Part shown: one piece after another, positions 9,034-18,941 of the stretch
How positions within the stretch are numbered: position 1 is the stretch's first letter
Layout of the letters: each line of letters begins with the position of its first letter
Origin: an uncultured virus (IMG/VR IMGVR_UViG_3300033143_005075)
Taxonomy: Duplodnaviria; Heunggongvirae; Uroviricota; Caudoviricetes
IMG/VR virus record: IMGVR_UViG_3300033143_005075
Location: 1 to 64,000 of that record
Length of the DNA stretch: 64,000 bases
Direction: 5' to 3' (one strand)
Translations under genes and position numbers: made by a program
The notes under the pieces: model-generated
Seen by the model: only the letters and a program-made list of their open reading frames with translations
Told to the model about the DNA's origin: nothing
The model's database searches: none

Positions 9034-9804
9034 ATGCCAGACGAAACAAAGAAAAACGATAGACATTCATTGGACAAAACGCTTGTTGACAATGTAGTAG
9101 AGGAAGCACATGCACTAGCAGAATGGATTGCTAACACTGTTTCACAATGGGTCGCAGATGAGAAGAGTATGACTGCTATTGTTTCTGATGGAATAAAGAA
9201 AGATTCCAAGCGGAAATCAAGTAACAATGAAGATGATATCGATAATGGTATCTTCTGTAAGATGGTAGGTAAGGTTATTAATGAGGAAGAGATGGAATGC
9301 AGGTTTTGTCCATTGTTTCTCAGAGGATTCCTCGCAAATAAAGACACAAAGAAAATTGCAACTATGGGAAACCACACTTCCCGCTTTCCCCGCAGTGGAC
9401 TATTAAGAGAGGGAAGAGCAGACATGTGTCTTGCAAACATGACGCTTCTATCGTATCTGTCAACAACACAAGAAACAACCGATAATGATGATGATGAATC
9501 AAAATCACCATCACCATCACGATCTGAGACGATACAGAATCAATTCTGGAAGTTGGTTTGTGTGATTAATCCATATCAATTATCGTTCCTCTTCGCTCTA
9601 AGAAACTACTTCGGCTTAGTTATTAAGAAAGATATGGAATCCAGACTAGAAGGAGAAATGTTTGATCCAAAAGGTGTTGATGAAGAAAGAAGGAAAGTTG
9701 GCCTCGATTCCCTGTTCGACCCAACTCCTGAGTGCTGTAAAGAAACAGCACCTAAGATATCTAAGGACATGCCTGCTCATCTTCCAGGGGACAGAAAAGA
9801 ATGA
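9034..9804 (+). CDS. hypothetical protein (Cys-containing)
   Basis: ORF abutting the clp gene; CxxCP; two FDP motifs near the C-terminus. Confidence 0.65.
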   Translation: MPDETKKNDRHSLDKTLVDNVVEEAHALAEWIANTVSQWVADEKSMTAIVSDGIKKDSKRKSSNNEDDIDNGIFCKMVGKVINEEEMECRFCPLFLRGFLANKDTKKIATMGNHTSRFPRSGLLREGRADMCLANMTLLSYLSTTQETTDNDDDESKSPSPSRSETIQNQFWKLVCVINPYQLSFLFALRNYFGLVIKKDMESRLEGEMFDPKGVDEERRKVGLDSLFDPTPECCKETAPKISKDMPAHLPGDRKE

Positions 9805-10058
9805 TTAGTGTATCCCTGGTCTTAACAGGTATTACTGCAGGACTATTATATGTCTTCCCGAAGGCAAAGTTCGAAATCCTTCCAAGAAAGGTCAATGTAG
9901 TTCTAGAAGGTGGAATACTTGTAAATGCAATCTGCAGAAGAAAATATGGATCACAAGATGGCAACGAGGATAACATTATGTTTGATATCCTAGGAGCAAT
10001 AACATCAGCAGCAAGCACATTCGTTGTTGGATATCAACAAACAAGGATAGTACCATGA
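9801..10058 (+). CDS. hypothetical protein
   Basis: ATGA-overlap coupling on both sides. Confidence 0.55.
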   Translation: MISVSLVLTGITAGLLYVFPKAKFEILPRKVNVVLEGGILVNAICRRKYGSQDGNEDNIMFDILGAITSAASTFVVGYQQTRIVP

Positions 10059-10858
10059 ACAAAGAAATCGATTGCCTAGTCCTAAATGTTCCAGGCAAGT
10101 GTGAAGCAAACTGTAGTTTCTGTTACCTTAAACGCAGATTCGGCGCAGACTGGGACAAGAATATAAGTATGGAAGATGAACTATCTTATACAGCAAACAT
10201 AATCCGAATGTACGTAAAAGAACATGGAACATTACTCTTATCTATTCCACATAACAGACAAGCAATAGACCTACTCGATCATCAGCTACAAATCCTAGAC
10301 AAACAGGTCGCAGATAAGCTTATAAAACTCGGAGTAATTGCACTATACAATACAGCAGCAGAATATGGAAACACATTAGCTACACTGATTAAGAACTGTG
10401 TGAACTTTGGCGACCTATTTCTATCAGTACAGTCTAGCGAAATGATAAGACTCCCAAAGATAACACTGGGCAAGATCTCGCCTACTGTTACTATAACTAT
10501 TAATCTAATTCTGGATGAACTAGTTACACTAGATATGATAACAGAAATGCAGAAAACACTAGAAAGCTCAGGCATTCAACTATCAGAGATTAATGTGACT
10601 ATTCCAATAGCTAAGGGAATAACAAATCCAGACACACTTGAAGCATCAATGGGTCTGCTTGGATCATCACTCGATACACTATGGAGAGTGAAGAATTTAC
10701 ATACATACGCATCACCCTGCATAAAAAGAGTACTCGCTCCCAAAGCAAGAGAGAGAAACATTCCTTGTTACGCAAAGCTCTGTAAGTATGCAGAAATAAC
10801 GCGCACAAAAGTACATAGAGAATGTCCATACGACATTGAACTGGAGTGTTCACAATAA
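10055..10858 (+). CDS. radical SAM-like protein
   Basis: N-terminal CxxxCxxC (CEANCSFC). Confidence 0.6.
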   Translation: MNKEIDCLVLNVPGKCEANCSFCYLKRRFGADWDKNISMEDELSYTANIIRMYVKEHGTLLLSIPHNRQAIDLLDHQLQILDKQVADKLIKLGVIALYNTAAEYGNTLATLIKNCVNFGDLFLSVQSSEMIRLPKITLGKISPTVTITINLILDELVTLDMITEMQKTLESSGIQLSEINVTIPIAKGITNPDTLEASMGLLGSSLDTLWRVKNLHTYASPCIKRVLAPKARERNIPCYAKLCKYAEITRTKVHRECPYDIELECSQ

Positions 10859-11127
10859 TGGTCAAGACCATTGCGATTATTATATCAGCATTTGCTGTAC
10901 TTATCATTATTGTATATCCAATAATGAGAAGCTTGTATGAAATATTCCGACTTGCATTCCCATTGCGAAAACTCATACCTAGGAAGAACGATAACGACAA
11001 GGAGAAAGCAAGGAAAGCATCAGAAACTAGGAGGATCCTCTCTAGGAAGGTAGGATCCACAAGCTGCTGCTGGGAGGATGATAATGTTAGGAATAAGAAA
11101 AGCGATCGTCGAAGGAAACAAAGTTAA
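10858..11127 (+). CDS. hypothetical membrane protein
   Basis: N-terminal hydrophobic helix; TAATG coupling. Confidence 0.5.
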   Translation: MVKTIAIIISAFAVLIIIVYPIMRSLYEIFRLAFPLRKLIPRKNDNDKEKARKASETRRILSRKVGSTSCCWEDDNVRNKKSDRRRKQS

Positions 11128-11278
11128 AATACTTGCCGGTGTTGGAATCAGAATGTCACTCGAGATCCACAACGGAAAGATTAAGCGTACACTGAAAGGA
11201 CAACAGGGTAGTCCCAAGCTAAGAATCACAAAGGAGTTCGCACGACAGATCGAAAAGAAACTAATGTCAAAGGACTAA
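11078..11278 (+). CDS. small basic protein
   Basis: GGGAGG RBS; possibly a degenerate HU/IHF-like fragment. Confidence 0.45.
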   Translation: MIMLGIRKAIVEGNKVKILAGVGIRMSLEIHNGKIKRTLKGQQGSPKLRITKEFARQIEKKLMSKD

Positions 11279-11279
11279 C

Positions 11280-11729
11280 ATGAAAGATCCAAAATATAAG
11301 ATCTGTCCATTATCATTCGTAAAGTCTAGACCAACTCCAAATGATCCATCGTATGATACTCCCGTATTTACAACCTGTCACGAGGAACAATGCCAATGGT
11401 GGGATGGACACAACTGTTGTATTGTATCACTAACAAGTAGACTAACAGCCTTACCATCGATAGCACATGTTGGAGGCCTCCTCAAAGGTGAACTAGAAAG
11501 AGATGAAGCAGACAAAGAATGGCATGAATTGTTTATCCAGGGCAAAAAAATCCAGGCCATCAAAAAACATAGAGAATTCTATAATACTGGTCTGAAAGAA
11601 GCAAAAGATGCTGTCGAAGAATGGGCATACTCATGTGGATGGAGAACATGTCAATTCTGCTATGAAACATATAATATAAATGCAGGTACGGCAGACCATA
11701 TCTGTAAAGAGAATAGCAATTATACATAA
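11280..11729 (+). CDS. protein with ribosomal L7/L12 C-terminal-like domain and Cys motifs
   Basis: KKIQAIKKHREFYNTGLKEAKDAVE matches the L7/L12 CTD pattern KIxAIKxxRxxxGLKEAKDxVE. Confidence 0.7.
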   Translation: MKDPKYKICPLSFVKSRPTPNDPSYDTPVFTTCHEEQCQWWDGHNCCIVSLTSRLTALPSIAHVGGLLKGELERDEADKEWHELFIQGKKIQAIKKHREFYNTGLKEAKDAVEEWAYSCGWRTCQFCYETYNINAGTADHICKENSNYT

Positions 11730-11743
11730 TACTAGGAGGAAAT

Positions 11744-11941
11744 ATGTTTAACTGTGGAAGATGTGGACGAACAACTGATTTAGGAGAGAAAGGTTCTCTG
11801 ATCGTCACCGAGAAACGAGATAAGGAATATCAGCCTAAAGACAGGCATGGCAATCTCATCACCGATAGAAATGGTGCTTCTATTACCACTAAAGGATGGG
11901 AGATCGTGAAGGAGATCAGAGTATGCGAAAAATGCGCATAG
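11744..11941 (+). CDS. small zinc-ribbon protein
   Basis: CxxC at both ends; AGGAGG RBS. Confidence 0.65.
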   Translation: MFNCGRCGRTTDLGEKGSLIVTEKRDKEYQPKDRHGNLITDRNGASITTKGWEIVKEIRVCEKCA

Positions 11942-12138
11942 CATTCTGGAAGTGGAGACTCAAGATCGCATACTTAAACTATGTAGATCTTCAAGATGAA
12001 TATGACTGCGGAAACAAACTCTTGCATCATGTGTCAGGTACGCTTGCAGCACTAGCACTCAAAATCAATGTATTAATACGTAAACTTAAGACACTCGATC
12101 ATACATGTAAGCTCAAAGAGATCATATTCGATGCTTAA
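11896..12138 (+). CDS. hypothetical protein (start uncertain)
   Basis: ORF track. Confidence 0.45.
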   Translation: MGDREGDQSMRKMRIAFWKWRLKIAYLNYVDLQDEYDCGNKLLHHVSGTLAALALKINVLIRKLKTLDHTCKLKEIIFDA

Positions 12139-12166
12139 AGGGGGTCAAAACCTGTCCCCGCTAAAA
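12134..12166 (+). promoter_or_regulatory. conserved 33-bp upstream motif, copy 1
   Basis: CTTAAAGGGGGTCAAAACCTGTCCCCGCTAAAA; near-identical copy at 23026. Confidence 0.5.
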
Positions 12167-12184
12167 AAGATTCGAGGAGAGACA

Positions 12185-12784
12185 ATGAACTGTTATTCAA
12201 GAGGCTCGATCCTAGCACCAATTATGATAGTCGGCGAAGGCCCTGGGAAAGATGAGATAGGTCATGTCCTAAAGAGTCCTGGCATGGAATCAGTATCAGT
12301 ACCAATACCATTTGCTGGCAAATCAGGACAGTTACTCCAGCAGATACTACAATGGGCTGGCATAGAGGAAGGCGATTATATCATGACAAATGTCGTGAAG
12401 TTCTTTCCCACTGATGACAGAGGAAGAACAAGACGTCCCACTGAGAAAGAAATCAGTGAGGATGCAGAAATCCTCATCCAAGAGATTCAGAAGATCAGAC
12501 CAAAGATGATTATATCTGTTGGTGCTACTGCTTACTGGGCACTAACCCAAAAGGAAAAGATTGGACTAGCCCAGGTCAGAATCGGAGAAGTCAATGGTAA
12601 AATTTCAACACTAACAGTTTCTGATGGATTTAATATTGATATCATGCCCATTTATCATCCAGCAGCAATACTAAGAGGTGATGCTGATCGCAAGAAGGAA
12701 TACAAGAAGGCAATAGCATCAGCATTTGTGAGAAATCTAGAATTGATAAGTAAAGCGGTCGAACGGCCGCTATTTATACGTTAG
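12185..12784 (+). CDS. uracil-DNA glycosylase, family 4
   Basis: IMIVGEGPG, PFAGKSG, TNVVK, RRP and YHPAAILR; start at the ATG after GAGGAG. Confidence 0.9.
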   Translation: MNCYSRGSILAPIMIVGEGPGKDEIGHVLKSPGMESVSVPIPFAGKSGQLLQQILQWAGIEEGDYIMTNVVKFFPTDDRGRTRRPTEKEISEDAEILIQEIQKIRPKMIISVGATAYWALTQKEKIGLAQVRIGEVNGKISTLTVSDGFNIDIMPIYHPAAILRGDADRKKEYKKAIASAFVRNLELISKAVERPLFIR

Positions 12785-12794
12785 GAGGATTACA

Positions 12795-13217
12795 ATGATT
12801 AAGGTAACAGCTGAAGGTTACGTTACTGACAACGTGAGGATCAACGAAGCCGGTGATACTGGTCGCTTCGTGAACTTTGGTTTGTCCGTGCGGAGCCAGA
12901 AGCCCAAAGCAGAACGGAAGGATCGACAGTTTATTAATGTCGAGATCTTCGTTCGCAAAGATGGAAAGCTCGCCGACTACATCAAAGGTGGGAAGCGCAT
13001 CATGTTTGTAAATGGTGGGCTGTACTATGACGACGTCGAGAAGGAAGGAAAATCTACTCGATACTGGAAAGTTCGTGTCAATGCTAATGACATCACCCTG
13101 TTGGGCGATGGTCCTGCAAAGGGCAGTGGCGAAGCCAAACCAGCATCCGATGGCGCGAAGACAGAGCAGGCTGCACCTGCAAGTGACGAAAAAGGTGGGA
13201 GTGACTGGGACGGATAG
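12795..13217 (+). CDS. ssb: single-stranded DNA-binding protein
   Basis: OB-fold-like N-terminus, flexible linker and acidic tail (SDWDG); AGGAGG RBS. Confidence 0.75.
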   Translation: MIKVTAEGYVTDNVRINEAGDTGRFVNFGLSVRSQKPKAERKDRQFINVEIFVRKDGKLADYIKGGKRIMFVNGGLYYDDVEKEGKSTRYWKVRVNANDITLLGDGPAKGSGEAKPASDGAKTEQAAPASDEKGGSDWDG

Positions 13218-13244
13218 TCCCAGTTCTCCTACTAGGAGGACACG

Positions 13245-14924
13245 ATGGCTCTAAAGAAAGTCGACGAATTCCTACGGTTACTTGACGTAGGAGCACCGCT
13301 AATACATATCTCAGACAGGGATGTTCCAACCCTGCTAGCAGTAGTGGCGGGGCATAAAGCAAGGGGAGGTAACTCCGGAGGAACTTATTTCTTTGTGAAC
13401 GGAGCAGGATTATTCCTGTACGATCTTCCTCTAAGTGGTGGAGCACCTACAGTATCACAGGTAACGATTAAGTTATCCATGGGAAATCAACCAATCACAG
13501 ATGCAGAAACTCTGCTATCTTTGGTGATTGGAGTATCACCTCATGCACAGATACTAAGACCAGGAAGCAATGTATTCCTGTGCCTAATGGAAAGAGATTC
13601 ATTTGATAGATCACCTCCATTGGTAAGTATGTGTAAGTCACTGTATGTTGGTGCCGATAAGCTGTTCAAGCTAGCACCGCCTCTAGGTGGAAAGAAGAAA
13701 CAAGGAACTTCGACACAGCACTCCGAAGCAATGCAGGAGTACAAACCGAAATCACAGGTACCGACGAGCAGTACAATAATTCTGCTTGGTGAAACACTAG
13801 AACCACCTCCGCAGATAGCTTCACATTGCTTTGTCTTTGGAGCCATGAAGACCGAACTTCCATCGTGGATTACATCGGAGAAGAAGGACAAGAAGGGTAA
13901 CCTAATCTATCCGAAACAACTATGGGAACACCTTGGTGGTCTAATCCAGAATGAGTGTACCATGGTAGCAGCTGCTGCTCACAAAGGTGCTGATGATCTA
14001 GCAGGAAAGAAACGGATTGACGCAATGGTCCAGGCAGCAACGTGGATCAGAAGCGGTATCTTTAGAAGCAATGCAGTTGTGAAAGAACTCAGCGAGACCA
14101 TTCGCATGGAAGATGTTGGTGGATACGAAGTAGTAAAGAAGTTCATCAACAGACGCAAATCCATCGTTGAGAAATGGGAGAAAGCCAAAGCAAAGAATGT
14201 TCAGATGAAAGGAATATTCTTGGTTGGTATCCCAGGATCTGGTAAGACTATCTTACTAGAAGCAATGGGTAAAGAATGGGGTTTGCCTTCATATGAACTG
14301 AACCTGAACCTGGCACTCGGTCGATATGTCGGCGAGAGTGAGAGCAGGTTACAGGCTGGGTTTGACACCTTGAGGAAACTAGCACCTTGTTTCTGTCTCA
14401 TTGATGAGGTAGACAAGGTTCTTGCCGGGGTCGGTGAGGGGCAGACCGCAGGAAGCGATGTTCCACTGAGGATCTTTGGAATGCTCCTACGCGCAATGAA
14501 CGAGAGCAATGACATCATCTTTGGTGTCAGTGCGAACCGCGTGAAATCTTTACCCGGAGAGTTCATGAGGAAAGGAAGATTCGATAAGATGTTCTTCATG
14601 GATGTTCCAGGTCCAACTGAGAGAGCAGAAATCTTCGCAATCCACATGAAGAAACGAGGTGAAGATGCGCTTAAGCTTCCCAAGGAAGACAAGGAAAAGA
14701 TCATCAGCGAAATGGAGGACTTTACCGGCGCGGAAATCGAATCTATTGTGAATGAAGCAGTCGCAACCAGCGTAATTGAGGACGAAGAACTGAATACCAG
14801 CATGATTATGGCACAAATTCGTGAGTGTAAAGGGATTGACTACGACAAGAAAGAGATCGTTGACCTACGAAACTGGGCGAAGAAACATGCTGAATTCGCA
14901 TCAATCACGCGACAGAAAAGTTAA
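13245..14924 (+). CDS. AAA+ ATPase, Ycf46/SpoVK-like
   Basis: GIPGSGKT, YVGESE, LIDEVDK, RKGRFD, FTGAEIE. Confidence 0.88.
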   Translation: MALKKVDEFLRLLDVGAPLIHISDRDVPTLLAVVAGHKARGGNSGGTYFFVNGAGLFLYDLPLSGGAPTVSQVTIKLSMGNQPITDAETLLSLVIGVSPHAQILRPGSNVFLCLMERDSFDRSPPLVSMCKSLYVGADKLFKLAPPLGGKKKQGTSTQHSEAMQEYKPKSQVPTSSTIILLGETLEPPPQIASHCFVFGAMKTELPSWITSEKKDKKGNLIYPKQLWEHLGGLIQNECTMVAAAAHKGADDLAGKKRIDAMVQAATWIRSGIFRSNAVVKELSETIRMEDVGGYEVVKKFINRRKSIVEKWEKAKAKNVQMKGIFLVGIPGSGKTILLEAMGKEWGLPSYELNLNLALGRYVGESESRLQAGFDTLRKLAPCFCLIDEVDKVLAGVGEGQTAGSDVPLRIFGMLLRAMNESNDIIFGVSANRVKSLPGEFMRKGRFDKMFFMDVPGPTERAEIFAIHMKKRGEDALKLPKEDKEKIISEMEDFTGAEIESIVNEAVATSVIEDEELNTSMIMAQIRECKGIDYDKKEIVDLRNWAKKHAEFASITRQKS

Positions 14925-14933
14925 ATAAAATGC

Positions 14934-14961
14934 TTGACAAAATCGATCAATAGTATATGTT
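14934..14961 (+). promoter_or_regulatory. putative sigma70-like promoter
   Basis: TTGACA-16 nt-TATGTT in the intergenic gap. Confidence 0.5.
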
Positions 14962-15044
14962 GGTACACATACAAACGATTGAGGAAAAGAGAGAAAGATA
15001 TCATCCCAGATGGAATGATAAAACTAAAGAGGAGGTATAATACA

Positions 15045-15386
15045 TTGAGTGGGATTCTAACAGTTAAGACCAAAGTATCTTGTGAGAGTCATATTGAGCA
15101 AGCTGCTAAAGAACGTGGTCACAAGGTGGAGAAAATCAAGGACACTCTGAAGGTTCACGTCAACGAAGGCTACTACGGTTCCGTCACGTTCAAAAAGAAC
15201 ACGAATGGAACGTTTGATGCCAAAGGTGACACCATGAACAAGCAGCATGTCAATCGTTTTCTCCAGGCTTGCAACGTCGTTGCAGTCCGTGAACTGTTCA
15301 TGGAACGTGGCTACAAGAACATTCAGGAACCAGGCCTGCGTAACCTGGAAAAGAACAGCAAGTACGTAATCCAGGCGAACGTCTAA
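15045..15386 (+). CDS. DUF1257-like protein
   Basis: TTG start after AGGAGG; SGILTVKTKV...AAKERG...F-K-x-x-x-G-T-F pattern; next to an AAA ATPase and a DUF2997-like gene. Confidence 0.6.
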   Translation: MSGILTVKTKVSCESHIEQAAKERGHKVEKIKDTLKVHVNEGYYGSVTFKKNTNGTFDAKGDTMNKQHVNRFLQACNVVAVRELFMERGYKNIQEPGLRNLEKNSKYVIQANV

Positions 15387-15421
15387 GAAACGTTCCCGAT
15401 ACGTTAACAAAGGAGAGGAAT

Positions 15422-15625
15422 ATGTCACAGAAAGGTGTAACCGCAACCATTGATATCGACGGAAAGATTGAAGTCGATGTCCATGGAGTAAAGGGCAGCT
15501 GTACAAAACATCTGAGTGAGATTGCCGAAAGTCTTTCGCATATCAGCGAACATAAAGACTTAACATTCAGAGAGGAGTCCAGAGACAAGGACTCCAAAGT
15601 TGTTGCCCAGAACAGCCAGTCGTAA
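15422..15625 (+). CDS. DUF2997-like protein
   Basis: TIDIDGKIEVDVHGVKGSC pattern. Confidence 0.7.
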   Translation: MSQKGVTATIDIDGKIEVDVHGVKGSCTKHLSEIAESLSHISEHKDLTFREESRDKDSKVVAQNSQS

Positions 15626-15637
15626 CGGAGTAAGAAG

Positions 15638-16051
15638 ATGGGTGAATCCATCATTACTTCACGTATCCTAGAATCTGCTGATGCCATTGGAACTAAGGCA
15701 CAGGAGTACATCTGTGAGAGAGAACCAGAGTTTTGGAACTGGCTCATGAAGAAAGCCACAGATGGATCCAAGGAAGTCTTAGTAGCTGCAAAGAATCATC
15801 GACAGCCTAGAGACGAGATAATCCGAGTCATTATCTCTACTGCTATGCAAGCGGTAATGGCAGAGGTTCTCGCCCGAGATACAATGGATGGCAAAGAAAA
15901 CAGGAAACTCAATTCTCTCATCAAGGCTGGATATGAAGATGTAAGTAAAGCCATGGAGAGAGCAGCTGGTGCACACCAGGACGAAGGGGTACCAACTCCG
16001 GAAGAGTCTAGCTTTGATCAAGCTATAAAGCAAGAGACTGAGAAGGAGTAG
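15638..16051 (+). CDS. hypothetical protein
   Basis: ORF with GGAG RBS. Confidence 0.6.
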   Translation: MGESIITSRILESADAIGTKAQEYICEREPEFWNWLMKKATDGSKEVLVAAKNHRQPRDEIIRVIISTAMQAVMAEVLARDTMDGKENRKLNSLIKAGYEDVSKAMERAAGAHQDEGVPTPEESSFDQAIKQETEKE

Positions 16052-16086
16052 GCGCCCCTTGGCCCTACTTTCTGAGCATAGAGAAT

Positions 16087-16926
16087 ATGGAAGACCCAAG
16101 AGAACAAAAGCTTATCGATATCGATAAACTCATTACCGATATAGGTATTGATAATCACCGAGTCAGGCACAAACTCCTGAACATGATCCATCTAGCATCT
16201 TCCACAGAGAAAAGGAAGATCTCCATCGGAGGTGATGTATGGAGTGGTGTTCTTCCATACGATTATGTAGCAGGACCACTCAATCCCTCAAGTAGAGTAC
16301 ACATTTGGGGCCCTCCCTCATCAGGTAAAACCGCACTCGCTCTTAATATTGCTAGTCAAACTGCATGTTGTGGCGGGAAAATCCTTCTCATTGACACTAC
16401 TTTTGCAGCAAACAAAAACTATATAACTAAACTGAGCGGAGACTTCAGCATTGTCCAAACTGCAGAGATTGCTCCAGTCATCCCCGCGGTCGGAGAATAC
16501 AACATCATAATTCTAGACGACTTTGCTTGTGTTACCGATCCTGGCTCTGTTATACAACTTATGTCATCATGTGGCATCACAGAAACCATCCTAATAGTAT
16601 GCAACCAAATCAGAGCTAACATGAAGGGTGGATACTATGCTCGACGACCTGGCCTTCAAGGCATGATGACTATGTCTATCTATATGAAGCGCGTAGAGAA
16701 ACGAGAGAAGTATTCCATCAGCCAACTTAAGCTGGAAAGATATCGCGGTAAGGGAACTAAGGAAGGCAGGATTGCAACGCTTCCTATGGACTATGATGGT
16801 AATATCCTGAACAACAAGATAGTAGAAACACTACTTCCCTTAGCAATGATGGATAATCCAGCAACAAACACAAAAGATATAGAAATCGTAGAGAAATGGA
16901 TAAAGAAACAGTGGCAAAAGGACTAG
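16087..16926 (+). CDS. RecA/RadB-family ATPase (divergent)
   Basis: WGPPSSGKT Walker A, LLIDT, IILDD, NQIR. Confidence 0.75.
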   Translation: MEDPREQKLIDIDKLITDIGIDNHRVRHKLLNMIHLASSTEKRKISIGGDVWSGVLPYDYVAGPLNPSSRVHIWGPPSSGKTALALNIASQTACCGGKILLIDTTFAANKNYITKLSGDFSIVQTAEIAPVIPAVGEYNIIILDDFACVTDPGSVIQLMSSCGITETILIVCNQIRANMKGGYYARRPGLQGMMTMSIYMKRVEKREKYSISQLKLERYRGKGTKEGRIATLPMDYDGNILNNKIVETLLPLAMMDNPATNTKDIEIVEKWIKKQWQKD

Positions 16927-17270
16927 ACACACGAGACATTGGTGATGAGTATGAGGATGAGATCCTTGAACTCATTCACAAATACGATGAAGGATTCATT
17001 AAGACAAAAGGATCTGGTGCTGTACATAACGATGGAGACATAGTTTCTCAGCATCATCCTGACAGACCACAGATTGCTATCGATGCCAAATGGAAGGGCA
17101 ACGCAAAAAGTGCTATCGCGACTGATAATGAACTAGAAAAGATAGCACTACAAGCAGCAATGAGAGGAAGAAAAGGAATTATCATTACACCATCAAAAAC
17201 TAACAAGATGGTAGCAATGCTACCACTAACAGCACTACTCGAGCTCATCTATGGAGGAAAGAATGGATAA
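16896..17270 (+). CDS. PD-(D/E)XK nuclease, Holliday junction resolvase-like
   Basis: G-x-x-Y-E, GSGA, GDI and IDAK motifs. Confidence 0.6.
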   Translation: MDKETVAKGLDTRDIGDEYEDEILELIHKYDEGFIKTKGSGAVHNDGDIVSQHHPDRPQIAIDAKWKGNAKSAIATDNELEKIALQAAMRGRKGIIITPSKTNKMVAMLPLTALLELIYGGKNG

Positions 17271-18129
17271 GCCAGAAGACATGAATACAGGACTCATGAT
17301 GGGACAGACAGAGAAACCACCCGAAGATGCTGTGCAAAAGATGCAGAAGAGTGTCTTCAAGGAAAAGGGGGGAAGTGATGTCCTGAAGATAAGACCTCGT
17401 GATCCACAAGAATTCATCGCTAATATAGATGCTGCAAGAGCTAAAGCATACCTCGCTGTTCAAGAAGATCTTGAAGGGCTTAAGAAACTTAAAGTTAACG
17501 GCAAAAAGAAGGCATACAAGACAGCATGCAAAGAAAAGTGCTGTCTTTGTTGTTATACATTAGTTCCTATCACTTATGGCGAAGAAGCTTTACTAATTGC
17601 ACAATCTATACAACAAGGAGACTATGCTGCCACAGTATCTATGGTTGATATGCTTGATGCTGCATACGAAGAAGCAGGTGTCTATGAACTTTGGGACAAG
17701 GGGAAACTCAAGGAGGCAGCACAAAAAGCATTCGAATTGAAGATGGCGTGCCCTTTCTTAGATAAGAGCACGAAGCTCTGTACTACGTACAGCAATAGAC
17801 CCATCTGTTGTTTTGCCAGGTTAGCAATTAGACAGACTAAAGGACTTGGTAAGAATACCTCTGGTGCAGCCACATGTAAGGAGAACATCAGATTATCCAA
17901 AGGATTAGTCATACATACTATGGCTACCAGAGTGTTGCGCGGCGCGGCAGACCTAGAAACCAGGAATGATGAAACCAAGAAGATATTCATGCCTCTTCCG
18001 CAGCTAGTGAATAGAACTATCGAAAAGCTAACTCCACTAAATGAAACAGAGAAGTTAGCTGCATTAGGAATTCCTCTGGAGGTATCAACAGAAGATGAAA
18101 AAGAGGAGGCGAAAAATGGACACACTTGA
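17263..18129 (+). CDS. YkgJ-like Zn/Fe-chelating cysteine cluster protein
   Basis: CKEKCCLCC ... CPFLD ... CTTYSNRPICC. Confidence 0.75.
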   Translation: MDKPEDMNTGLMMGQTEKPPEDAVQKMQKSVFKEKGGSDVLKIRPRDPQEFIANIDAARAKAYLAVQEDLEGLKKLKVNGKKKAYKTACKEKCCLCCYTLVPITYGEEALLIAQSIQQGDYAATVSMVDMLDAAYEEAGVYELWDKGKLKEAAQKAFELKMACPFLDKSTKLCTTYSNRPICCFARLAIRQTKGLGKNTSGAATCKENIRLSKGLVIHTMATRVLRGAADLETRNDETKKIFMPLPQLVNRTIEKLTPLNETEKLAALGIPLEVSTEDEKEEAKNGHT

Positions 18130-18454
18130 TGAACGTGCGCTTAGAATATCATCAATAATCGCAATATCTCTACTAATTGGTGCTTTCATTGGTGGTTGGT
18201 TTGTAGGACGATCACGTAGAGTTGGTGCTAATATCGGAGATTTCGGACCACATGCACGTATCCTGAAAAGCAAAAGCATACGTAAAGAAGTCAAACGAGC
18301 AACAACTGTTACCTGCAATAAGATTATTGCAAGGGAACTTAAAGAAGAAGCAACTATGGCTGAACAAGAAGCCAGAAACGTGGAGGAAGGAAAAGATGCC
18401 AAAAATCCTAACCGAAGAGGAGTGCGAAAGAGTACTACGTATTCCGTACAATGA
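18116..18454 (+). CDS. membrane-anchored hypothetical protein
   Basis: N-terminal TM helix; GGAGG RBS. Confidence 0.55.
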   Translation: MDTLDERALRISSIIAISLLIGAFIGGWFVGRSRRVGANIGDFGPHARILKSKSIRKEVKRATTVTCNKIIARELKEEATMAEQEARNVEEGKDAKNPNRRGVRKSTTYSVQ

Positions 18455-18941
18455 GTACCAAGAACTAATCATTACAGGTAAGCCACATGCAGAAACTGCA
18501 GCAGATACCAGAAAGTTCAACGAACGTTTGACACATACGATGATCGAGCTTCATCATATGGTGGTAAAAGCTAGATCTGATGCTGCTGTAGCCGAGAAGG
18601 AATTCAAAGAAGCTAAAGCTAATACACTAGCCAAACTGGCTGAAGCAAAGATCAGATCAAAGAACAGAAACTCTGATGAGATAGGTAATGCTGATCCCGA
18701 CCTAGCTGGTATTACTAACGTGGATCCTGCTGGTCTCACAGAGAATATGATGAAAGCTATTGCAGAGAGGGAAGCATACAAGCTCACTGCAGAGAGCAGA
18801 AAACAACTAAGAAAGCTAACTTTCCTTTCCGAGATGTGGGAAGGACAGATTCGTATCGGCAAGAGGATCGGAGACGAGCTGGTTGCATTCGGTATTGAAA
18901 ACAAGATGAGTAAGCAACTTGCGAGCGACCGAAACGTATAA
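18396..18941 (+). CDS. coiled-coil hypothetical protein
   Basis: Helical, Ala/Lys/Glu-rich ORF. Confidence 0.6.
   Translation: MPKILTEEECERVLRIPYNEYQELIITGKPHAETAADTRKFNERLTHTMIELHHMVVKARSDAAVAEKEFKEAKANTLAKLAEAKIRSKNRNSDEIGNADPDLAGITNVDPAGLTENMMKAIAEREAYKLTAESRKQLRKLTFLSEMWEGQIRIGKRIGDELVAFGIENKMSKQLASDRNV

Noticed and set aside
14934..15044. N-terminal extension of the ORF starting at 14934
   Set aside because: That TTG is the TTGACA promoter element; the AGGAGG RBS supports a start at 15045
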